Notes under the pieces: model-generated
What the model was told of the DNA's origin: nothing
Seen by the model: only the letters and a program-made list of their open reading frames with translations
Database searches by the model: none
Virus record (IMG/VR): IMGVR_UViG_3300037743_000150
Location: 1 to 42,432 of that record
DNA: 42,432 nucleotides
Origin: a virus
Lineage: Duplodnaviria; Caudoviricetes
Direction: 5' to 3' (one strand)
Shown here: positions 8,947 through 16,457 of the stretch, one piece after another
How positions within the stretch are numbered: the first letter of the stretch is position 1
Layout of the letters: the number at the start of each line of letters is the position of its first letter
Translations under genes and position numbers: made by a program

Positions 8947-10121
8947 TCCGGGTGGGTGTCGCCGTGATGGCGCACCGCAAGAGGGAGGCGTTCATCCCCG
9001 AGCTGCTCGCGTCGCTGGACCGCCCGGCCGAAGTCGTCTGGGACCAACGTGACGACCGGTGGGATACCGGCCGCCGGTCCATGCTCGCCCACCGCAACGA
9101 CCCCGAAGCCACCCACTGGCTGGTTGTACAGGACGACGCGATCGTGTGCCGGGACCTTGTCGCCGGCATCGAGTCAGCGCTTGCCCATGTGCCGTCCAGG
9201 ACGCCGCTGTGCCTCTACGTCGGCAAACTGACCCCGTTCGCCCCGATGGTCACGGCGCTGGCAGCACAGGCCACGCAGGACGGTGTGTCGTGGCTGTCGA
9301 TGGACAGCATGCATTGGGGTGTCGGGATCGTGATGCCCGTCGAGCTGATCGGCCCGATGGTCCAGTGGGGTGACACGGGCGGCCAGTCGATCCCGAACTA
9401 CGACAAGCGGATCTCCCGGTGGCTCGGCGGCCAGGGGGTCCAGACGTTCTATCCGTGGCCGTCGCTGGTCGATCACCGCGACAGCCCGTCGCTGGTACCT
9501 GGCCGCGGTCGGCGTGGCCGTCACGCTCACCGGTTCCTCGGCGCCGATGTGTCGGCGCTCGACGTCGACTGGTCCGGTGGCGCCATCCATGTCAACGCGC
9601 TGCGCAGCTACAGCGGCGGGCGCCGCCGTTCCCCTGCCTCGAAGGAGAGAAGGCCCATGGCCCCCACCCCTGTGCACTACGTGTCCGGTGACGTGTTCGT
9701 CGCCAAGCAGAACGGCCGCGTCAACCTCGACGGGCGCCCGATGCGGATCATCCGTGGCAGCACGTTCGCTCACGCCTCGTCGTGGATCGTGAAGAACCGC
9801 CCGCAACTGTGGCGGCCGGTGCGTCTCGATTTCCCGCCCTCCGACAACGGTGTGGCGGCCAGCACGCTCGACGTCGAGGCCATGGCCCAGGCGAACCCCA
9901 ACATCGGCCCAGTCATCGACCCCGAGGCGCTCGCCACCGAAGTGGTCGCCAGCGCCGTCGCCGTCGCCACCGCCCCTGATGTCGAGCCGGCCCCGAAGCC
10001 GGCGGCGAAGGACGTGCGGGCGTGGGCCAAGGAGACCGGCGTCGACGTCCCGGCGTCCGGCCCGATCCCTGCCGCCGTGGTCGAGCAGTACCAGGCCGCC
10101 CACGCGGTGACCGAGTGGTGA
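8943..10121 (+). CDS. GT-A glycosyltransferase with in-frame C-terminal extension ending in an Lsr2-like domain
   Basis: VAVMAH, WLVVQDDAI.C, YPWPSLVDH.D.PSL motifs; C-terminus VRAWAKETGVDVPASGPIPAAVVEQY. Confidence 0.8.
   Translation: MIRVGVAVMAHRKREAFIPELLASLDRPAEVVWDQRDDRWDTGRRSMLAHRNDPEATHWLVVQDDAIVCRDLVAGIESALAHVPSRTPLCLYVGKLTPFAPMVTALAAQATQDGVSWLSMDSMHWGVGIVMPVELIGPMVQWGDTGGQSIPNYDKRISRWLGGQGVQTFYPWPSLVDHRDSPSLVPGRGRRGRHAHRFLGADVSALDVDWSGGAIHVNALRSYSGGRRRSPASKERRPMAPTPVHYVSGDVFVAKQNGRVNLDGRPMRIIRGSTFAHASSWIVKNRPQLWRPVRLDFPPSDNGVAASTLDVEAMAQANPNIGPVIDPEALATEVVASAVAVATAPDVEPAPKPAAKDVRAWAKETGVDVPASGPIPAAVVEQYQAAHAVTEW
9657..10121 (+). CDS. probable internally initiated product (small head-module protein plus Lsr2-like domain)
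   Basis: Purine-rich AAGGAGAGAAGG just upstream of in-frame ATG 9657 at an apparent domain boundary. Confidence 0.6.
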   Translation: MAPTPVHYVSGDVFVAKQNGRVNLDGRPMRIIRGSTFAHASSWIVKNRPQLWRPVRLDFPPSDNGVAASTLDVEAMAQANPNIGPVIDPEALATEVVASAVAVATAPDVEPAPKPAAKDVRAWAKETGVDVPASGPIPAAVVEQYQAAHAVTEW

Positions 10122-10125
10122 CCTG

Positions 10126-10551
10126 ATGGCTGGCCTGATCACGGTTGCCGACCTGGCTGCCCGCCCGGGGTTCGAGAACTTGGACTCCGTGCAGGCCCAG
10201 TCGCTGATCGACGACGCCTCCGCCCTGGTCCGGCTGGCCGCGGCCCCGCTGCTCGATGACGTCGAGTCGCCGGACTGCCCGCCGGCTGTGGTGCCGGTGA
10301 TCGTCGCGATGATCCGCCGCGGGTTCTCCAACCCGATGGGCCACCAGTCCGAGAACCTCGGCGACTACTCCTACACCGCAGGCACCGGCGGCGGCGTCGC
10401 CACCCTGTACCTCACCGCCCGGGAACGGAAGCTCGTGCGTCGTGCCGCCGGGAAGCTCGGCGTCGGCACCGTCACCCTGGAAGGCGACCTCCCCGAGCAG
10501 CCCTTCGACGCCTACTACGGCACCGGCACCGAAGGGCTCCTCGGGTCATGA
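10126..10551 (+). CDS. head-to-tail adaptor
   Basis: A..LI.DASALVR, R...NP.G..SE.LGDYSY, LYLT..E motifs. Confidence 0.88.
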   Translation: MAGLITVADLAARPGFENLDSVQAQSLIDDASALVRLAAAPLLDDVESPDCPPAVVPVIVAMIRRGFSNPMGHQSENLGDYSYTAGTGGGVATLYLTARERKLVRRAAGKLGVGTVTLEGDLPEQPFDAYYGTGTEGLLGS

Positions 10552-10898
10552 CGATCGGGCACCTGACGCTCACCTTGCTGACGGTGCACCGGCCCTCGAC
10601 CGTCGCGGACGGCATCGGTGGGACGACAGTCACCTACTCCCAGGTCGGCGAGATCCGGGCCCAGGCCAGTCAGCCCACCACAGAGGAACGGCTCCTGGCG
10701 CAGCAGGCCGAGGCCAACCTCTCCCACGTCTTGCACACCACCGCTGGCGCTGATGTCCGACGAGGTGACGAGCTCGACGGCGACCTGCCGTCCGATGTCC
10801 CCGAGGGCCGCCGGCTGAGGGTCGTCTCCGCGGTAAGCAACAGCCGCAGCACCTACCTCCGCATCGAGTGCGAGACCACCCAGGCCGAGGTGTCCTGA
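10548..10898 (+). CDS. head-to-tail stopper
   Basis: DGIGG, ADVRRGDEL motifs; synteny. Confidence 0.85.
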   Translation: MTIGHLTLTLLTVHRPSTVADGIGGTTVTYSQVGEIRAQASQPTTEERLLAQQAEANLSHVLHTTAGADVRRGDELDGDLPSDVPEGRRLRVVSAVSNSRSTYLRIECETTQAEVS

Positions 10899-11266
10899 TG
10901 GGGTTCAAGGTCAAGATCGACGGCGACATACGCCAGGCGATGGCGGCCAAGGCGGCAGCCATTCACCGGGGCGCCGAGCGGGCGGTCGGCGACGAGGTGA
11001 AGGCGGTAGCGAAGGACATTCGCCGCCGTGCCCCGGTCGGGGACTCCAGCCGTGGCCGGCGAGGGAAACCGCCGCTGGCCGAGTCGGTCGAAGCGACCAG
11101 CAACGGGCTCGACGGGGCGGCCCGGGTGAAGGCCCGGCACGTCAACATCATCGAGCACGGCACCAAGAACCGGCCCGCCCGCCCGATCGTCAGGCCCGCC
11201 GCCGAGACGGCCCGTCGCCGGTTCCCGGGACGGGTTGCCGACGAGATCCGGGAGGCCATCGAATGA
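10898..11266 (+). CDS. HK97 gp10-like neck/tail protein
   Basis: APV...L..S, IEHGTKNRPARP.VRPA motifs. Confidence 0.85.
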   Translation: MGFKVKIDGDIRQAMAAKAAAIHRGAERAVGDEVKAVAKDIRRRAPVGDSSRGRRGKPPLAESVEATSNGLDGAARVKARHVNIIEHGTKNRPARPIVRPAAETARRRFPGRVADEIREAIE

Positions 11267-11703
11267 GCCTGCCCGCCCTTTCGCCAGCGGTACCGCTCCA
11301 GGCCGGCATCTACACCCGGTTGACCACCGACGCCACCCTGATGGCCCTGATCGACGGCGTGTTCGACGGTGTGCCGGAGGATGTCGATGGCGACTACGTC
11401 ACGATCGACGAGAGCATCGAGTCCCCGGACAACGTCCACGGCGGGTTCGGGAGCGTCACCTTGTGGACGCTGCGGATCTGGACGAAAGCCCGAGGGCACC
11501 TCAACGGTCTCCAGATCGAGGCCCGCATCCGGGAGCTGCTCGACCACCAGCACGTCGCGCTCGACGCCCTGGTCGATGGGCACACCGTCGTGATGTGCCA
11601 CTTCGAGCAGCGGGCGGCGCGCGTCGATCCCGAACCGCCGGGCGACACCCGGGACGTGCCGGTGACGTACCGGTTCTCGACGGAGCAAGACCCAACAAGT
11701 TGA
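11263..11703 (+). CDS. tail terminator (DUF3168-like)
   Basis: LQ.GIY.RL..D..L...I.GVFD.VP, YVTI motifs. Confidence 0.85.
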   Translation: MSLPALSPAVPLQAGIYTRLTTDATLMALIDGVFDGVPEDVDGDYVTIDESIESPDNVHGGFGSVTLWTLRIWTKARGHLNGLQIEARIRELLDHQHVALDALVDGHTVVMCHFEQRAARVDPEPPGDTRDVPVTYRFSTEQDPTS

Positions 11704-11745
11704 CCCTGTGGCGGCGACGAGCCGCCCGTCTAAGGAGGTAGCCCA

Positions 11746-12171
11746 TTGGCCGGATTCTCCGCGTTTGGCGCCCAGTTCCAGCGGGGCGATGGTGCCACCC
11801 CGACCGAGGTCTTCACCACGATCGGGGAGGCCACCAACATCACCGGTCCCGGCCTCGACCGGGACGTCATCGACGTGTCGTCGCACGACTCCGTGGACCG
11901 GTTCCGCGAGTACGTTGGCGGCCTGATCGACCCGGGCGAGGTGACGTTCGAGGTCAACTGGGACCCGGCGATCCACGTCTCGCTGGTGGCCGACTTCCAG
12001 GACCCGGAGCCGCGCAACTACATGATCGTGCTCCCGGACCCGCCGGGCGGTGACTGGGCGTTTTCGGCGTTCATCACCGGGATGGGCCACGAGTACCCCC
12101 ACGACGACAAGATGAGCGCGGATTTCACGTTCAAGATCAGCGGCGCTCCGGTGTTCACGGAGGGCTCGTGA
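11746..12171 (+). CDS. major tail (tube) protein
   Basis: AAGGAGG then TTG start; IDVSSHDS, GL.DPGEVTFE.NWDP, FK.SG.P motifs. Confidence 0.92.
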   Translation: MAGFSAFGAQFQRGDGATPTEVFTTIGEATNITGPGLDRDVIDVSSHDSVDRFREYVGGLIDPGEVTFEVNWDPAIHVSLVADFQDPEPRNYMIVLPDPPGGDWAFSAFITGMGHEYPHDDKMSADFTFKISGAPVFTEGS

Positions 12172-12590
12172 CCGCCGCTGCCAAGGACCTGAAGGACCTG
12201 ATCCTCGCCGCGGAGGACATCGACTTCGAGGACATGGACGTCCCCGAGTGGGGTGTCAAGGTGCGGGTGCGGGGCATGTCGGGCACCGACCGGGACAGCT
12301 TCGAGGCGAAGATGGTCGCTGTCCGCAAGGGCGGCGCAGCCGGCCAGGAGGTCGAGCTGCGTCTCGCCGACTTCCGGTCGAAGGTCCTCGTGAAGTGCCT
12401 GGTCGACCCGGAGACCCAGAAGCGGATCTTCGACGACAAGGACGCCCAGCAGTTGGGCCTCAAGTCGGGTGCGGTCATCGACCGGCTGTTCGACGTCGCA
12501 AAGCGGCTGTCGGGCATGGACGAGGCCGCCGAAGAGGACGCCCGGGGAAACTCCGGGACCGGCCCGAGCGCCGGTTCTACCACCGACTGA
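12168..12590 (+). CDS. tail assembly chaperone (G)
   Basis: VPEWG.KVRVRGMSG.DRD motif; between tail tube and tape measure. Confidence 0.9.
   Translation: MTAAAKDLKDLILAAEDIDFEDMDVPEWGVKVRVRGMSGTDRDSFEAKMVAVRKGGAAGQEVELRLADFRSKVLVKCLVDPETQKRIFDDKDAQQLGLKSGAVIDRLFDVAKRLSGMDEAAEEDARGNSGTGPSAGSTTD
12545..12551 (+). other. programmed -1 frameshift slippery site G GGA AAC
   Basis: X XXY YYZ heptamer in the chaperone frame; the -1 frame is open to 12904. Confidence 0.88.
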
Positions 12591-12904
12591 CGTTGGCCCT
12601 CGGCGGCATGACCGTCGAGGAGATGCTCGCGCGCATCAGCTCCCGGGAGCTGACCGAGTGGGCGGTGTACGAGGAAGAGACCGGCCCACTCGACGCCGGC
12701 TACCGGGCCGACGTCCTCGCCGGCGTCGTGTCGGCGACGGTCGCGAACGCGATGAAGGGCAAGAAGGGCAAGCGATTGAAGCCCGCGGACTTCATGCCCG
12801 ACTGGAGCCGCCGCCGCACCAGCTCGCCGAACCAGATGGCGACGATGCTCAAGTCGTTGACCCACCGTTTCGGTGGGTCAATCCGCAAGCGCAGCGAGGG
12901 GTGA
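12551..12904 (+). CDS. tail assembly chaperone GT extension (-1 frame, DUF4035-like)
   Basis: F...L.LALGGMTVEEML.RISSRELTEW..Y....GP motif. Confidence 0.85.
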   Translation, partial: LRDRPERRFYHRLTLALGGMTVEEMLARISSRELTEWAVYEEETGPLDAGYRADVLAGVVSATVANAMKGKKGKRLKPADFMPDWSRRRTSSPNQMATMLKSLTHRFGGSIRKRSEG

Positions 12905-12907
12905 TCC

Positions 12908-15361
12908 ATGGCAACACTGGATGAACTGCTCGTGAAGGTCGGCGCCGATCTCGACGACCTCGAATCCGGCATGGACGCCGGCGTGAAAACGGTCGAGAAG
13001 GCGATGGGCCGGATCGTGGGTGACGCCGACAAGGCGGGCGCCCAGGTTGATCAGGCCGGGGCGAAGGCGGCGAAGGCGTTCGACGGACTCGACGCCAGCG
13101 CAGACAAGGCCGGCATGGCCCTGAAGGGTGTGGGTGCCGATGCGGACAAGGCCGGCGCCCAGGTCGAGGGTGCCGGGAAGGGCGCGGGCGACGGGTTCGT
13201 CCGTGGTGTCATGTCCGGGCTGGCGGGTCTCGACAGCAAGGTGGGTGCTGTCGCTGAGGGTGCGTTCGACAAGCTGAAGGGCCCGGCGCTCGCCGGTGGT
13301 GCTGCGGCTGGGGCCACGTTCATGATGGGCCTCAACGAGGTGTTCAGTCGCGAGGCGGGCACCGACGCCGTAGCGGCCCGGCTGGGTCTTGGCCCCGATG
13401 CTTCGGCGCGGGTCGGTCGGGTCTCGGGCAAGTTGTTCGCCGGGGCCTACGGCGAATCGATGGAAGAGGTCGGCTCCGCGGTCGACGCGGTCATGTCGAC
13501 CCTGCCGGGGATGCTCGGCGCCAGCGATTCCGCGATCGAGAACACGACAGCCAAGGCTCTCGACCTCGCCAACGGGTTCGGGTTCGACGTCGTCCAGTCC
13601 GTGGGCCTGGCCGGCATCTCGATCAGTCACGGCCTCGCCCGCGACAGCGACCACGCCTTCGACCTGATCGTCGCGTCGATGCAGAAGATGCCCGCCAACA
13701 TGAGGGAGGAGCTGTTCCCTGCGATCGAGGAGTACGGCGGGTTCCTGACCGCGATGGGGTTCACCGGCGAAGAGGCCTTCGGTCTGCTGGCCGCCGCCAG
13801 CCACGACGGCATGTTCGCGATCGACAAGACCGGTGACGCCGTCAAGGAGCTGTCGATCCGGGCGACCGACATGTCGACCACCTCGGTGGAGGCGTTCGAG
13901 GCAGCGGGGCTCAACGCCGACAAGATGGCTGCCCGGTTCCTGGCGGGTGGTGACTCGGCCCGGGGCGCGCTGACCGATCTGGTCAACGGTCTGCTCGGCA
14001 TCGAGGACCCGACCGAACGAGCCAACGCGGCCATCAAGCTGTTCGGCACCCCGCTCGAAGACCTGAACGTCACCGAGATCCCGACGTTCCTCCAGTCGCT
14101 GATCGACATGGACGCGTCGCTCGGCGACGTGGGCGGTGCCGCAGAGATGTTCGGCGTGCAGCTCAACGAGAACGCCGCGACGAACATCGAGGCGTTCAAG
14201 CGCAAGACCCTCGGCGGGCTGATCAACTTCATCGGCGAGGAGGCGATCCCGGCCGGCAAGCGCCTCGCTGATACCTACGGCGACGACCTGGGACGGGGCT
14301 TCGCTGCAGCCAAGGGGTTCTTTAAGGACAACGAGAAGGCCCTCACCGGGCTCAAGGTCACGGCTGGGGTGGTGGCCGCGTCGGTGGCCACGCACTACAC
14401 GATCATCGGCGTGAAGGCGACGTGGGCCGCGGTGAGGTCGGTGGCAGCGTCGGTGCGGATGGTGGCGGGCTGGGTCGCCACCGGGGTTAGTGCCGCCGTC
14501 AACGCGGCGATCGTGGTCGGCTCGTGGCTGCTGATCGGCGCGCGGGCGCTCGCCGCCGGGGTCGTGTCGGCTGTGCAGTTCGCGATCCATGTCGCCGGCT
14601 GGATAGCGATGGGTGTGGCGGCCGTCGTGAACGCTGCGCTCATCGCTGCATCGTGGCTGATCGCCATGGGTCCGATGGCCCTGGTTGCCCTCGCGGTGAT
14701 CGGTCTGGCCGCCTTGTTCGTGGTCCACTTCGACACCATCAAGAACGCCGTGCTGGCGGCGTTCAACTGGGTGAAGGAGAACTGGCCGCTGCTGTTGGCG
14801 ATCTTGACCGGGCCGATCGGGCTCGCCGTGCTGGCCATCGTCCGGAACTGGGACACGATCAAGGCCGGTGTCACCGCGGTGAAGGACTGGATCGTGGCCC
14901 GGTTCAACGACGTCATTGGCTTCATCAAGGGCCTGCCCGGAGCGATCGGGCGGGCGGCGTCGGGCATGTGGAACGGGATCTCCGACGCCTTCAAGTCGGT
15001 CATCAACACCATCATCGGCTGGTGGAACAACCTCAAGTTCCCGAAGTTCGATATCCCCAAGGTCCACGTGCCCGGCACCAACATCGACATCGGTGGCGGC
15101 TCGATCGGTGGCTGGAACCTGCCCAACATCCCGACGCTGGCCGAGGGCGGTATCGCCACCGGGCCGACGCTCGCCATGATCGGTGAGGGCCGCTTCGACG
15201 AGGCCGTCGTGCCCCTGCCCCGCGGCTTACGTGACCTCGGCGGGGGCGGGGCCGGCACCACCGTGATCATGAACAACGCCGGCAGCATCATGGCCGAGCG
15301 CGACATCGTCCGGCTCGTGCAGGACGCCATCGACCGCGGCCAGATCAGGGGTGCGGCGTGA
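12908..15361 (+). CDS. tape measure protein
   Basis: 817 aa, Ala/Gly-rich; DK.GDAVKE, A..LFGT..EDL motifs; Trp/Phe-periodic C-half; LAEGGIATGPT..IGE. Confidence 0.95.
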   Translation: MATLDELLVKVGADLDDLESGMDAGVKTVEKAMGRIVGDADKAGAQVDQAGAKAAKAFDGLDASADKAGMALKGVGADADKAGAQVEGAGKGAGDGFVRGVMSGLAGLDSKVGAVAEGAFDKLKGPALAGGAAAGATFMMGLNEVFSREAGTDAVAARLGLGPDASARVGRVSGKLFAGAYGESMEEVGSAVDAVMSTLPGMLGASDSAIENTTAKALDLANGFGFDVVQSVGLAGISISHGLARDSDHAFDLIVASMQKMPANMREELFPAIEEYGGFLTAMGFTGEEAFGLLAAASHDGMFAIDKTGDAVKELSIRATDMSTTSVEAFEAAGLNADKMAARFLAGGDSARGALTDLVNGLLGIEDPTERANAAIKLFGTPLEDLNVTEIPTFLQSLIDMDASLGDVGGAAEMFGVQLNENAATNIEAFKRKTLGGLINFIGEEAIPAGKRLADTYGDDLGRGFAAAKGFFKDNEKALTGLKVTAGVVAASVATHYTIIGVKATWAAVRSVAASVRMVAGWVATGVSAAVNAAIVVGSWLLIGARALAAGVVSAVQFAIHVAGWIAMGVAAVVNAALIAASWLIAMGPMALVALAVIGLAALFVVHFDTIKNAVLAAFNWVKENWPLLLAILTGPIGLAVLAIVRNWDTIKAGVTAVKDWIVARFNDVIGFIKGLPGAIGRAASGMWNGISDAFKSVINTIIGWWNNLKFPKFDIPKVHVPGTNIDIGGGSIGGWNLPNIPTLAEGGIATGPTLAMIGEGRFDEAVVPLPRGLRDLGGGGAGTTVIMNNAGSIMAERDIVRLVQDAIDRGQIRGAA

Positions 15362-15549
15362 GCGGGGAACGGATGACTGACACCGAACGACTCGCCCATG
15401 CGCGGGATGTCGTTGCTGCTGCGCTCACCGCGCAACGTGCCGGGGACCGGGCCGAGGTGAACCAGCTGTTCGCCCACGCGGTGCACGATGGTGTGCCGCC
15501 CACGGAGCTCCTTGCGGAGATCGTTGAGCAGACCGGCGGCACGCTGTGA
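15358..15549 (+). CDS. hypothetical protein
   Basis: GTGA overlaps at both ends. Confidence 0.55.
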   Translation: MSGERMTDTERLAHARDVVAAALTAQRAGDRAEVNQLFAHAVHDGVPPTELLAEIVEQTGGTL

Positions 15550-16457
15550 GCCTCATCGTCCTGAACGCAGGCGAGGCAGCGTTCCTGCAGAACGGCGTCA
15601 CCGGTGTCGCCTACGTGCTGAGGCTCTACAAGGCCGACGTCACCGCCGGGTTGACCCCACCGGAGATCGACGCCCTCGACGAAACCGACTTCACCGAGGC
15701 GACGTTCACCGGCTACTCGGCCGCCGCGGTGTCGACCGGCGGCTGGACGATCACCCAGGGCAACCCGACGAAGGCCGTCAACGTCGAGAAGCAGTTCACG
15801 TCGTCGGCGAACCAGTCGGCGCAGAACATCTGGGGCTACTACGTCACCCGCACCAGCGACGGGGTGGCCATGTGGTTCGAGCAGTACCCGGCACCGGTCG
15901 TGATCGAGGACCTCAATGACCGGATCGACGTCATCCCGACGATGACCTTGGACGATGCGGAGGGCAACGGCTTGGAAGTCGGCGACATCATCCCCACAGC
16001 CCGCGCCACCGCGGCGCCCGGGCGGCTCCTGTGCCAGGGGCAGGCGGTCTCGCGCACCACGTTCGCGGCCCTGTTCGCCGCGATCGGCACTGCCTACGGC
16101 GTGGGCAACGGGTCGACCACGTTCAACGTCCCGAACCTGCAGCAGCGGGTCCCGCTCGGGAAAGCGACCTCCGGCACGGGGGCGACCCTCGGCGACACAG
16201 GCGGCACGATCGACCACGTCCATGCGCTCGACACCTCGTCGTCGTTCGCCAAGGTCACGATCGCCTCAGGCAGCACCGACAACGCCTACTGGGGCCGGAA
16301 GAACGTAAGCCCGAGCTGGAACTCGGTGATCGAGGGCAACGTGGGCAGCGCCGGCGGCACGGTCATCTCCCAGGGTTCCGGTGTCGGGCTCGGCGGCAAC
16401 AGCGACACAGCGAACCCGCCCTTCCAGGTCGTCAACTTCGAGATCGTGGCTTCGTGA
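15546..16457 (+). CDS. minor tail protein with tail-collar domain
   Basis: LLCQGQAVSRTTFAALFAAIGTAYG.GNGSTTFNVPNL and PPFQVVNF motifs. Confidence 0.88.
   Translation: MSLIVLNAGEAAFLQNGVTGVAYVLRLYKADVTAGLTPPEIDALDETDFTEATFTGYSAAAVSTGGWTITQGNPTKAVNVEKQFTSSANQSAQNIWGYYVTRTSDGVAMWFEQYPAPVVIEDLNDRIDVIPTMTLDDAEGNGLEVGDIIPTARATAAPGRLLCQGQAVSRTTFAALFAAIGTAYGVGNGSTTFNVPNLQQRVPLGKATSGTGATLGDTGGTIDHVHALDTSSSFAKVTIASGSTDNAYWGRKNVSPSWNSVIEGNVGSAGGTVISQGSGVGLGGNSDTANPPFQVVNFEIVAS

Noticed and set aside
12545-12551. Frameshift as a novel finding
   Set aside because: Canonical tail-chaperone -1 frameshift; listed as a feature only
12878-15067. 729-aa reverse-strand ORF, and similar long shadows at 4572-6431, 6780-8339 and 27831-29339
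   Set aside because: Antisense to well-supported genes; expected in high-GC DNA; no motifs
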